Assembly: GCA_050173015.1 (NCBI GenBank)
Contig: JBFXLE010000002.1
Span: 96,001-160,000 of the forward strand
DNA length: 64,000 nt
Direction of reading: 5' to 3'
From: Calditrichaceae bacterium
GTDB lineage: Bacteria; Calditrichota; Calditrichia; Calditrichales; JBFXGD01
The translations under genes and the position numbers were made by a program. This document shows, in pieces, positions 30,806 to 40,245 of this stretch. Positions within the stretch are counted from its first letter, which is position 1. Each line of letters opens with the position of its first letter. The notes under the pieces were generated by a model, which ran no database searches, was not told where the DNA came from, and saw only the letters and a program-made list of their open reading frames with translations.

Positions 30806-31489
30806 ATGCTTATGGACCTTTCAGTATTAAGGACAATTCCATTATTCTCCGAACTTAATGACGATGAATTAAATCAGATATCAAAATTTGCAGTCCGTCA
30901 GTATTATAAAAAAGACAACATGGTCCTTATCGAGGAAGAAGTGGGCTCAACCATGTTTGTTATTCTCAACGGACGGGTAAAAATATCCCGGATCAGCGAT
31001 GAAGGCAGGGAGGTAATACTCTCCATACTATGTGACGGGGATTTTTTTGGGGAGATGTCTATACTGGATGGGCAAACACGCAGCGCAAATGCAGTGACCC
31101 TGGAAGATACTGAACTGTTGATTATAAGAAGAGAAGACTTTTTAACAGTGCTTTATGATTACCCTCAGATCGCGATAAATTTATTAAAAGAACTTGCGCA
31201 CCGTCTGAGAAGAAGTGATTCACAAATAAAAAGTCTGTCCTTGCAGAATGCTTTGGGGAAAGTAGCATCTACTTTGTTACGTATCGCGGATGATTCCGGT
31301 ACCATAAAGCAGGGACAGGTTGAGATCTCACAACTTCCTCCTCAACAGGATCTGGCCAACATGGCGGGGACAAGCCGTGAGACTATTTCGCGGGTCATCA
31401 AATCGCTCAGTCAGCTCGGATATGTACGAAAAGAGGGAAGTAAGCTCATAATTATTGATTATAATCGATTCAGGCAGGATTTTTCATAA
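30806..31489 (+). CDS. Crp/Fnr family transcriptional regulator
   Basis: cNMP cassette GDFFGEM...RSA; HTH QQDLANMAGTSRETISR; no FNR-type Cys cluster. Confidence 0.93.
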   Translation: MLMDLSVLRTIPLFSELNDDELNQISKFAVRQYYKKDNMVLIEEEVGSTMFVILNGRVKISRISDEGREVILSILCDGDFFGEMSILDGQTRSANAVTLEDTELLIIRREDFLTVLYDYPQIAINLLKELAHRLRRSDSQIKSLSLQNALGKVASTLLRIADDSGTIKQGQVEISQLPPQQDLANMAGTSRETISRVIKSLSQLGYVRKEGSKLIIIDYNRFRQDFS

Positions 31490-31510
31490 TTTCAGGATTT
31501 TTAGCATTTT

Positions 31511-33622
31511 ATGAATGCTACACAAACGAATATTGGACTGGTTTCGAACGACAAAGGGCGGATAGAAAAATATAGAACCATCTTATCGGATCCAACCAAC
31601 AAATTATTTATAAATTCTCTTAAATCGGCTTTTAAAAACGCCTTGATTGAATATCCTCTCGAAGTGGTGATAGTTGACGCGTTTTCGGAACCGGATTTTG
31701 ATTTTCGCTCTATTGAGGGTTTTCGCAATCAGAAAAAACTGGCAAACATTCCATTTATATTTTTACTCTCTTCCGGTCAGCAGGCCCTAAAAAGACAAAT
31801 TTTTAAAAATACCCATAATTTAATTCTCATCGAACCGGTCGATAAGTTCGAATTTCTTTCCCTGATCACGAGTACCATTTATTTAAGCCAGATCGAACGA
31901 CGCGTTCTTTTATATAAAGATATCGTTGATGGTGAAAAACGACTTATTTCATCCATGGATGAAATCCTTGAGATCAACAGAATCATCCAGATAAAAGACG
32001 AAGAAAAGGTTTTCCATTACCTGGAGCACGATTTCGCAAAAAGAATGGAATTGGCGCTGGCCGTGGAAATCACCATGTTCGCGACTTATGACCCTAATGA
32101 AATGAACCTGACGATAAATATTTATGACGATTCCGGCAGCACTCTTCAAAAAAAATTAGCTTTATCACTTAAAAAATCTCAGATATTTAACAATCTAAGC
32201 GAAAATCACCCCCGTATTTTTGAATACGACGAATGTAATGATCCCTTTATCCAGGATTTAGAGGAATCTATTGGATTTAAAATTTCGAGTCTGATGTTTA
32301 TTCCTTTTTCGATTTTCCATGAGCCGCGCGGCGGGTTTATACTGCTGAATAAATTATACAGACGTGAATTTTCGGAAAACGATCTGGCGTTTGCTCTTGT
32401 GGCTGCAAGAAAAATCGTTTTTCACCTGGAAGAATTATATATCAATGAAGATGATCTGCACTCCATAAGAGGTATGAAATTAATTCCGGGGAGGACAGAA
32501 AAGGTCATTGCTGACTGGAAATTATACCAAACGATGCTTGGGGCTGTGCAGTTTGGAATAATCGTGTTTGACAAATCGTACAAAGTGTACTATTTAAATA
32601 AATCAGCCCGGCGTTTACTGCAAATTACCGAAGATGAAGATGCCTCCACTCTTAAAAAACTATTTGAGCCATCCGTATTCAAGCAAATTATTAGTTCAAT
32701 TCAGGAAGATTCTGTTCCTGTTATCCGTCAGGAAATTCAAATTTCCATGAATAATCTTCCGGACCTGTTTATTGGATATTCTGTATACGATCTCGATGTT
32801 TACAATAATAAAAACAGATATATACTTGTATTTTCAGAAATATCCCAGAAAAAAAAGATACAAGCAGAGATAATCCGAATGGACAGGATGGCTTCGCTAG
32901 GTATTCTCAGCTCGGGATTTGCGCATGAAGTACGTAATCCGCTTGCCGGTATTAAATCAATGGCGCAGGTACTTGAAGAAGAGATGGATGATGAACCGAC
33001 CAAACAGGAATATGTAAAAAGAATTATCCGTCAGGTTAACCGGCTCGATGATTTGTTAAAAGCATTTTTTACCTACGCAAAACCGGTTAAACCCGATCCA
33101 AAATCTTGTCCCATCAAAAAAATTGTACAGGAAGTACTGCCACTTTTTGAACGTAAAATGAGGGAACAAAATATAAACGTCCGGCAACATTATGCAAGGG
33201 ACCTGGACAATATTTTTGTGGACTCTAATCAGATTGAGCAGGTCATTTTCAATCTGATCATCAACGCTCTTGATGCCATGCCGAAGGGCGGGGAATTAAC
33301 CATTAAAGCCGAAAATGCGCGGCAGCAGCTTCCCATGATTGACAGACGGCAAAGAATCCCCGGGTTGTTTTCGGATAAATACATTCAGATAACCATTTCA
33401 GATACCGGGATTGGTCTTGATTCCGATCTGAAAGAAAAAATATTTGACCCGTTTTATACTACAAAATCAAACGGCACAGGGTTGGGATTGTCGATTGTTT
33501 ATCAGATTATCAGAGAACACAGCGGTCAGATCAGCGCGGAGGGTAAACAAGGTGAAGGATCTCAATTTATAATACTCTTGCCTGCGGTGGAACCGGAGCA
33601 AAAAGATGAAATTATTCATTAA
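31511..33622 (+). CDS. Cytoplasmic sensor histidine kinase (degenerate REC + GAF-like + PAS-like + HisKA/HATPase)
   Basis: H-box FAHEVRNPL, N-box NLIINALDA, G1 DTGIG, F-box IFDPFYTTK, G2 GTGLGL; no TM segments. Confidence 0.88.
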   Translation: MNATQTNIGLVSNDKGRIEKYRTILSDPTNKLFINSLKSAFKNALIEYPLEVVIVDAFSEPDFDFRSIEGFRNQKKLANIPFIFLLSSGQQALKRQIFKNTHNLILIEPVDKFEFLSLITSTIYLSQIERRVLLYKDIVDGEKRLISSMDEILEINRIIQIKDEEKVFHYLEHDFAKRMELALAVEITMFATYDPNEMNLTINIYDDSGSTLQKKLALSLKKSQIFNNLSENHPRIFEYDECNDPFIQDLEESIGFKISSLMFIPFSIFHEPRGGFILLNKLYRREFSENDLAFALVAARKIVFHLEELYINEDDLHSIRGMKLIPGRTEKVIADWKLYQTMLGAVQFGIIVFDKSYKVYYLNKSARRLLQITEDEDASTLKKLFEPSVFKQIISSIQEDSVPVIRQEIQISMNNLPDLFIGYSVYDLDVYNNKNRYILVFSEISQKKKIQAEIIRMDRMASLGILSSGFAHEVRNPLAGIKSMAQVLEEEMDDEPTKQEYVKRIIRQVNRLDDLLKAFFTYAKPVKPDPKSCPIKKIVQEVLPLFERKMREQNINVRQHYARDLDNIFVDSNQIEQVIFNLIINALDAMPKGGELTIKAENARQQLPMIDRRQRIPGLFSDKYIQITISDTGIGLDSDLKEKIFDPFYTTKSNGTGLGLSIVYQIIREHSGQISAEGKQGEGSQFIILLPAVEPEQKDEIIH

Positions 33623-33691
33623 CCAGATGGTTTTACTGCTGATTATCTCATCCATTCTTCAGGAAGAGATAAATATTCTTAGGGAATTTGT

Positions 33692-34474
33692 ATGATTCAG
33701 ATAGCGCTGATTTTGTTTGTCGGGGTACTGGTCGGTCTAATGAGTTCAACCCTCGGTCTCGGCGGTGGTATTATAATAGTACCGGCACTGACACTCTATT
33801 TCGGATTTTACCAGCAGGAGGCGATCGCAACAAGTTTAATGACGATCGTGCTGGTAACCATACTGAATGTTACCCGATTTCAAATCCAAAATCAGATTGA
33901 ATGGAAGGTGGTTTTGTCAATCGCGTTATTCTCATCTGTGGCATCGGCTACCGCGGGGATAATTGCTGTGTTTTTGCCTGAAAAAATTCTCATGGTCATA
34001 TTTGTCCTATTTATTTTTTCACTGGCCTACAAGACATTCAACATCCGGTCTGTTGTCAATCCGGGCAGACCCACCGGACCTAAATTCGGCACATCCGCGA
34101 AAATCGGTGTGATCAGCGGGACGATCTCGGGAGTTACAGGAATCGGCGGAGGAGGAATAACGACTCCGTTAATTTTAACAAACAATCTGGCTGATAACAC
34201 AAAAGTCGTCCCTATATCAAATGCCATCATGCTCTTTACAACCAGTTTCGGAACACTTGCATTTGCTTTTATGCATCATGAACAGGCGAGTGCATGGCAG
34301 TTGGGTTTTGTACATATAGACACGGCGCTTTTAATATTTGCCGGGGCTTTTCCGGCGGCATATCTTGGATCGTATTTTCAACATAGACTGTCATTGAAAT
34401 TAAGAAAATCACTCCTGGGGGGAATGCTGATCATTATAGGTCTGAGGCTGTTAATTAAGGTGTTGGGTTTTTAG
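33692..34474 (+). CDS. Sulfite exporter TauE/SafE family membrane protein
   Basis: Two GxGGG repeats (GLGGGIIIVP, GIGGGGITTP), A.ATSL, about eight TM helices. Confidence 0.88.
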   Translation: MIQIALILFVGVLVGLMSSTLGLGGGIIIVPALTLYFGFYQQEAIATSLMTIVLVTILNVTRFQIQNQIEWKVVLSIALFSSVASATAGIIAVFLPEKILMVIFVLFIFSLAYKTFNIRSVVNPGRPTGPKFGTSAKIGVISGTISGVTGIGGGGITTPLILTNNLADNTKVVPISNAIMLFTTSFGTLAFAFMHHEQASAWQLGFVHIDTALLIFAGAFPAAYLGSYFQHRLSLKLRKSLLGGMLIIIGLRLLIKVLGF

Positions 34475-34625
34475 GGGACTCAACATTGAAATTCAGGTTA
34501 AATCCTGATGATTTGTAACCGATTTGAAGAGGAAAAACAACTTTACTTATAACGGTGTATTGAGTATCTTAATTTTTTTGTTTTATTAAAACTGAGTTAA
34601 TCTTCATTAAAATGGGGAAGTGTGT

Positions 34626-36641
34626 ATGGATCATCAAGTATCAGGAAAAGGACTACCGGAAAATGCCTACCGGTTTCTAAAAGACGGTGAAGTGTACAAG
34701 CCTGTTGTCCCGGAAAATACTCCTCTACCCGAAGTAACAAAATATTCTCTTTTTTGGGGAATGTTTTACGCGGTTTTGTTTTCTGCCGCTGCAGCCTATT
34801 TAGGGTTGAAAATTGGTCAGGTCTTTGAAGCGGCAATTCCCATAGCGATTTTGGCGGTGGGACTTTCCTCATTGATGAAAAGGAAAAACGCGCTATCCGA
34901 GAACGTGATTGTACAATCAATAGGTTCCAGCTCCGGTGTAATTGTGGCGGGAGCGATATTTACGATTCCCGGATTATATATCCTTGGGCTGGACGCTTCC
35001 TTTTTACAGGTATTTTTAGCTTCTTTATTTGGCGGAATGCTGGGAATATTATTCTTAATTCCGTTCAGGAGATACTTTGTTAAAGATATGCATGGGGAAT
35101 TCCCATTTCCCGAAGCAACCGCGACGACTGAAATCCTTGTTGCGGGTGAAGGAGGCGGAAATCAGGCAAAAATATTACTTAAAGCTCTTGTAATCGGCGG
35201 ATTATACGATTTCTTAGTTTCCGGTTTCGGATTGTGGAAAGAGGTCGTTTCTACCCGTGTTTTTGAATGGGGACAGAAGCTGGCTGCCGCCACCCGTCTT
35301 GAATTCAACATGAATATCGGCGCAGCCGTTATGGGTTTAGGATATATTGTCGGCTTAAAATACGCGTTAATTATCGCCAGCGGCTCTTTCCTTGCGTGGT
35401 GGGTGCTAATTCCCAGCATGTTTTATGTCGGTCAGTTTAACCCTGTACCCATCCTGAACGCGACGAAGCCTATCGCGGATATGCTGCCCGGTGAAATCTT
35501 CAGTACTTATGTTAGACACATAGGAATTGGAGGTATAGCCGCGGCGGGTATTATCGGAATTATCAAATCACGAAAAATTATTTCTGCCGCTTTCAAATTG
35601 GCGATTAATGAAATTGGCGGCAAGGGAGTGGGTCATGCCTCCGAAAACAAAGTCGAGCGCACGCAGACAGATATCAGCATGAAATGGCTGGTAGTTCTTT
35701 TAGTCAGCGCTCTTTTGGGTGTTCTGGTATTCTTCCTTGTCCTTGTGGTTGACGGAAATGTCCTCCATGCGACTGTAGGGCTTGCTATTGTTACCATTGT
35801 TGCATTTTTGTTTACTACCGTCGCGGCGAGAGCGATCGCCATTGTCGGCAGCAATCCGGTTTCGGGTATGACCTTAATGACTCTGATTATTTCATCCGTT
35901 ATTCTTGTAAGTGTGGGACTTAAAGGTGAACAGGGTATGATTGCAGCGCTCATTATAGGCGGTGTGGTATGTACTGCTCTCTCAATGGCTGGCGGATTTA
36001 TAACCGACCTAAAAATTGGATACTGGCTTGGCACGACACCACGTACGCAACAGAGATATAAATTCCTTGGCACTCTCTTAGCCGCCATGTCTGTGGGCGG
36101 TGTTATTTTTATGCTGCATCAAACATACGGCTTCGGTCCCGGCGGATTAGAGGCGCCGCAGGCATCAGCAATGGCTGCAGTTCTTGAGCCGTTAATGACC
36201 GGCCAGCCTGCTCCATGGATTTTGTATCTGGCGGGAATTATCCTGGCTACAGTCCTGGAGTTTTTAGGAATACCGCCGCTGGCATTCGCATTGGGAATGT
36301 ATCTGCCTCTTTATTTGAATACCCCCGTTCTAGCGGGAGGTATTATAGCGCATCTGGTTGCCAAAAGCACATCTGATTCCGCGCTGCAATCAGCCAGAAA
36401 AGAGCGTGGAACGCTCATCGCGTCCGGATTTATCGCCGGAGGAGCAATTATGGGTGTGCTCGCTGCGTCTATGGTCTTCATTGGTCAGTATGTTACCGGA
36501 AACAGCGACTGGAATATGATGATGGCGATTGGGACAGAGCACTGGGCAGAATCAGCCCCGGCAGAGATACTGAGCTTCTTTATGTTTGCATTAATTTTGT
36601 TTTATATGTTGTGGGATGCCAAACGGGCAAAGGCTGAATAG
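34626..36641 (+). CDS. Oligopeptide transporter, OPT family
   Basis: YLGLKIGQVFEAAIP, ENVIVQ, FPEATAT, NPVSGMT, DLKIG, APQA, GMYLP. Confidence 0.93.
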   Translation: MDHQVSGKGLPENAYRFLKDGEVYKPVVPENTPLPEVTKYSLFWGMFYAVLFSAAAAYLGLKIGQVFEAAIPIAILAVGLSSLMKRKNALSENVIVQSIGSSSGVIVAGAIFTIPGLYILGLDASFLQVFLASLFGGMLGILFLIPFRRYFVKDMHGEFPFPEATATTEILVAGEGGGNQAKILLKALVIGGLYDFLVSGFGLWKEVVSTRVFEWGQKLAAATRLEFNMNIGAAVMGLGYIVGLKYALIIASGSFLAWWVLIPSMFYVGQFNPVPILNATKPIADMLPGEIFSTYVRHIGIGGIAAAGIIGIIKSRKIISAAFKLAINEIGGKGVGHASENKVERTQTDISMKWLVVLLVSALLGVLVFFLVLVVDGNVLHATVGLAIVTIVAFLFTTVAARAIAIVGSNPVSGMTLMTLIISSVILVSVGLKGEQGMIAALIIGGVVCTALSMAGGFITDLKIGYWLGTTPRTQQRYKFLGTLLAAMSVGGVIFMLHQTYGFGPGGLEAPQASAMAAVLEPLMTGQPAPWILYLAGIILATVLEFLGIPPLAFALGMYLPLYLNTPVLAGGIIAHLVAKSTSDSALQSARKERGTLIASGFIAGGAIMGVLAASMVFIGQYVTGNSDWNMMMAIGTEHWAESAPAEILSFFMFALILFYMLWDAKRAKAE

Positions 36642-36659
36642 CTACATATTAATTCATTT

Positions 36660-36702
36660 GAGAACCGGACTAAGTTATAAAATCCGGTTCTCTCTTTTTT
36701 TT
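36660..36702 (+). terminator. Rho-independent terminator
   Basis: GAGAACCGGA / TCCGGTTCTC perfect 10-bp stem followed by a T-tract. Confidence 0.85.
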
Positions 36703-36748
36703 AGACCGAATGATCATCCAGTCTCCCGTGGTGAGCGCTATATAAGTG

Positions 36749-36777
36749 TTGACTGAAAAATACCGATTGGTTAAATT
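36749..36777 (+). promoter_or_regulatory. Putative sigma70-type promoter for the small-protein/cNMP operon
   Basis: TTGACT-17 bp-TAAATT just after the OPT terminator. Confidence 0.55.
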
Positions 36778-36850
36778 GCACTTGCTTACAACAGATAATC
36801 AGGATAGTTTAAATAAATAATGAATTTAATCTTTTGCTGGTGGAGGCGGT

Positions 36851-37042
36851 TTGTTTTTTTCTCAAAAACAACACAGGACATTGGATATTGAAGGCAGATT
36901 GGCAGACCGGCAGCAGGAGGGCGGGGGAAAGAGGCGAATTAAATTCGACAGACTTCCACGTCGGAAAGTAAAGCCAATCTGGTGGATAGTTATCGTTTTT
37001 TCGATCGTGGCATACCTATTTTTTTTCTTGAAAGAATTTTGA
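36851..37042 (+). CDS. Small basic protein with a C-terminal membrane anchor
   Basis: TTG start with GGAGG RBS; Arg/Lys-rich body then hydrophobic IWWIVIVFSIVAYLFFFL. Confidence 0.65.
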   Translation: MFFSQKQHRTLDIEGRLADRQQEGGGKRRIKFDRLPRRKVKPIWWIVIVFSIVAYLFFFLKEF

Positions 37043-37065
37043 ACCGGCTGCTCTGGAGGTAAAAA

Positions 37066-38154
37066 ATGATTCAAATCAGTAAAGTGTTAAAGCAGGTTCC
37101 CATCTTTAGAATGCTGGGGAAGGAGAGCATTGATTTCATCGTAGAGCGGCTAAAGTTCAAGACGTTTGATGCTGCTGAAACGATTTGTAAAATTGGTGAT
37201 CCGGGCGATGAAATGTACATTATCATCACAGGCGAGGTGAAAATTTGTATTTATGGTGACGGAGGAAAAACAGAACAAACGGTCGCCAAATTGGGATCAG
37301 GGGATTATTTCGGTGAGATGTCACTGTTGACCGGTGATACGCGTTCCGCCTCAGTGATCGCAACCGAACCTTGTGAGATGTTTATTCTTTACAAAAATGA
37401 TTTTGATGTCATTCTTGAAAAATATCCTTCTATCTCTCTCAGCATGGGTAAAATTGTGAGTCAAAGGTTGAGAGAAACGTTGAAGAAAGCCACGCTTCCT
37501 GATATCAATAAACTTGAGGCGTCAAAGGGAGGTCCATCCGGGAGTTTGAAAGAAATTTCTCTGGTTGAATTGATCAGTTTTTGCGAGACCAATTCTTTAA
37601 CGGGCAGCATGGAATTGAAGGACAATGGACAAAAGGGATTATTCGAGTTTGAGAGCGGAGAACTTGTTAAAGTCGCGCTTGGCGACATAAAAGATGATAA
37701 AGCGCTAGATACCATGCTCTCATGGACAGAAGGGCAATTTGAAATAAGGGTGAGACCTTTAACGATAGAGAAAAAAGCTTCGCAGGTTGCTGTTAAGGAA
37801 GAAATTAAGAAAATATTGGTAGTGAACAACTCTCTCGTTGTCAGGAAGGTGATTGAGAGAGCGTTTAACGGGCTTGGATATAGTGTGAAATCATCTCAGA
37901 ATATCGGAGAGTCCATATCACTGATAGATAATGAAATTCCGGATGTGATTATTTCTGACATCAAACTACCGGATGGCGATGGATTAGGTTTTGTGGAAAA
38001 GGCGCGCAAAGATATCAACATTCCGTTTATTTTTATTGCCGATAATTCTGTCAAAGCCGAAATCGAGAAAGAAATAAGGCAATTATCGGATGTAGAATTA
38101 ACCAAGACTCATGAAGTAAGCGAGATTGTGAAATTAGTAGAGAATATGATATAG
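37066..38154 (+). CDS. Cyclic nucleotide-binding + DUF4388-like + receiver domain protein
   Basis: GDYFGEM...RSA cassette; GSLKEISLVELI...G...F..GEL...LSWTEGQF (DUF4388/PatA-N pattern); C-terminal REC fold (PDVIISDIKLPDGDG); GGAGGT RBS. Confidence 0.8.
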   Translation: MIQISKVLKQVPIFRMLGKESIDFIVERLKFKTFDAAETICKIGDPGDEMYIIITGEVKICIYGDGGKTEQTVAKLGSGDYFGEMSLLTGDTRSASVIATEPCEMFILYKNDFDVILEKYPSISLSMGKIVSQRLRETLKKATLPDINKLEASKGGPSGSLKEISLVELISFCETNSLTGSMELKDNGQKGLFEFESGELVKVALGDIKDDKALDTMLSWTEGQFEIRVRPLTIEKKASQVAVKEEIKKILVVNNSLVVRKVIERAFNGLGYSVKSSQNIGESISLIDNEIPDVIISDIKLPDGDGLGFVEKARKDINIPFIFIADNSVKAEIEKEIRQLSDVELTKTHEVSEIVKLVENMI

Positions 38155-39285
38155 ATGAAACCGGAATCATTAAAACAGTTAAAAAATATTCCACTTTTTG
38201 AAGCAATAGCTGATGAAGAAATTGGTCTGATCGCGTCAAAGATGGAAATGGAGGAATATAAGAAAGGCGATTCCATCATAAGCGCGGGTGATTCAGGGAA
38301 TTACATCTATCTCATTCAAAAAGGCAGAGTAAAGGTTATCGCCAATATTCAGAACGAGAGTGAAGAAATTGTACTCTCATATCTGGAACAAGGCGATCAT
38401 TTTGGGGAGATGGCTCTGATTACAGGTGAACCGCGCTCGGCGACAGTTATAGCCGAAACAGATCTGAGTGTTTTAAAACTTGGGAAAATGGAATTTGACA
38501 ATCTATTGCTAAAGAATCCCCGAATCTCAATCAATCTGACACATTTACTTAGTCAGCGGCTGATGAACGCCAATATTGCAAGGGAGCAGACAGAAAGATA
38601 TTATAAAAACAAGTTTATTCCAAAAGGGAGACTGCGGGATACAGGAGTGATCAGGTTACTCAAATATGCCGAGGAAAATTCTCTTTCAGGGAAAATCGTC
38701 ATAAAACACGGCGATAAAGTGGCGTTCTTTGAATTCCAGAAGGGCCAGCTTAGTAATTTGGATTTTGAGAATAAAAATGAAGATGAAGCTATGGATGTTA
38801 TTCTTGAATGGAAAGACGGTGAATATATTATTGAACCAAACATTTTTTCTGCAACGGATGAGGGCAAACAACCGTCAAAAAAAGAAACAACTACCGGAGA
38901 AAAAATGAAAACGGATGAAGTTTTTAAGACCTATGCAACTGAAAAATTCACCGAACTCATTCATTTTTCGGGTTCAAAATCCACTCAAAGCGCATTGAAC
39001 AGAAGCTATCATAAATTCGAAAGTTATTTTGATATTTCTAAAGTAATACAAATCAAAACAGAACCTGAACTTTCCGTTTCCATCTCGTCCGAAGGGGAGT
39101 GGACCGAAAAACATACGCTGTTTATGGCCATCCTTCTGCGTGATGTCATCGGCGCCATAGAAAGAGATGTGGTGGGTATGCGTTTTTGGACACCAAAATC
39201 AAAAACAAACAATATAAACAGTGAACTGGAAGCGCTTCAGTTCTTTGATTATTATGATCAGGCCACAGATTTTGTGAAAATTTAG
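38155..39285 (+). CDS. Cyclic nucleotide-binding + DUF4388-like protein with unknown C-terminal domain
   Basis: GDHFGEM...RSA cassette; GRLRDTGVIRLL...SG...F.KGQL...LEWKDGEY. Confidence 0.78.
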   Translation: MKPESLKQLKNIPLFEAIADEEIGLIASKMEMEEYKKGDSIISAGDSGNYIYLIQKGRVKVIANIQNESEEIVLSYLEQGDHFGEMALITGEPRSATVIAETDLSVLKLGKMEFDNLLLKNPRISINLTHLLSQRLMNANIAREQTERYYKNKFIPKGRLRDTGVIRLLKYAEENSLSGKIVIKHGDKVAFFEFQKGQLSNLDFENKNEDEAMDVILEWKDGEYIIEPNIFSATDEGKQPSKKETTTGEKMKTDEVFKTYATEKFTELIHFSGSKSTQSALNRSYHKFESYFDISKVIQIKTEPELSVSISSEGEWTEKHTLFMAILLRDVIGAIERDVVGMRFWTPKSKTNNINSELEALQFFDYYDQATDFVKI

Positions 39286-39331
39286 TTAAAATCCAATTCT
39301 CTTGCTATTATGATCTATTACCGGCAGCCCG

Positions 39332-40156
39332 TTATTTAAAATTAGAATGATTCAGATGTTCTGTCAGAAACCTGAATGCTTCCTCAGGCGAATTTACAAA
39401 ATTTAAAAGATCATGGTCTTCTTTCGATATAGTGCCCCATCGTACCATCGCGTCAATATCAATAATTTCTTTCCAGTAGTCCTGTCCAAACACGACAATC
39501 GGCAATGGTTTAGTGACCTTTTTTGTCTGAATCAATGTCAGAACTTCCATTAATTCATCGAGTGTGCCGAAACCGCCCGGAAAAATTACCAGGGCTTTAG
39601 CGAGATAGACAAACCAGTATTTCCTCATGAAAAAATAGTGAAATTCAAACATTAAATCTTCCGTAATATAAGGATTGGGATCCTGTTCATGAGGAATAGA
39701 GATGTTGAGTCCGATAGATTTACCACCGGCTAACTCAGCTCCTTTATTGGCTGCTTCCATAATTCCCGGGCCGCCTCCTGAACAAACATAATATTTCTGT
39801 TTTTTTGATTCCTTGTCCATTGCCCAGTCGGTCAACATTTTTGACAGCTGAACCGCATCTTCATAATATTCTGACAATCTGAGCTGTAACCTTGCGGCGG
39901 AAAGTTTTTTTTCGTTCTCCTTCGTGGGATTTTTTTCAAACTCATCCGCGAGTTCAAGTAATCCGTTTTTTGTCTTGATCTTGGGATCTATTCGCGCCGA
40001 GCCAAAAAAAACAATGGTGGACTTGACACCTTTCTCCTCAAATCGATAAAGTGGCTCATAAAACTCTGATAATATTCTAATCGATCTCGCTTTATTACTG
40101 TTTAAAAATTCCAGATTATTATATGCTTTTTCTGGTCTTTTCTTCTTGTTTGTCAT
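39332..40156 (-). CDS. LOG family nucleotide phosphoribohydrolase (TIGR00730-like)
   Basis: VFFGSAR, SGGGPGIMEAANKGA, FHYFFMRK, PGGFGTLDE; ATG 40156 with GGAG RBS. Confidence 0.92.
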   Translation of the reverse strand: MTNKKKRPEKAYNNLEFLNSNKARSIRILSEFYEPLYRFEEKGVKSTIVFFGSARIDPKIKTKNGLLELADEFEKNPTKENEKKLSAARLQLRLSEYYEDAVQLSKMLTDWAMDKESKKQKYYVCSGGGPGIMEAANKGAELAGGKSIGLNISIPHEQDPNPYITEDLMFEFHYFFMRKYWFVYLAKALVIFPGGFGTLDELMEVLTLIQTKKVTKPLPIVVFGQDYWKEIIDIDAMVRWGTISKEDHDLLNFVNSPEEAFRFLTEHLNHSNFK

Positions 40157-40245
40157 AATCACTCCATTCTAAGCGATGTCATAACCGGATTAATTACAAG
40201 CGCGATTATCTAAAAGGGTGCGCCGGTTTATCACCATCAGTGAAA

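Noticed and set aside
33316-33366. DRRQR insert in the kinase ATPase domain considered as a c-di-GMP-binding RxxxR motif
   Set aside because: The spacing does not give RxxxR and no PilZ second motif follows
37040-37069. Read-through of the small ORF's TGA would give U-T-G-C (a UxxC motif) then SGGKK-stop, in a genome with selA/selB
   Set aside because: The downstream sequence is explained by the next gene's RBS (GGAGGT), there is only a 4-bp hairpin rather than a convincing SECIS, and no Cys homologue is known to me; most likely chance
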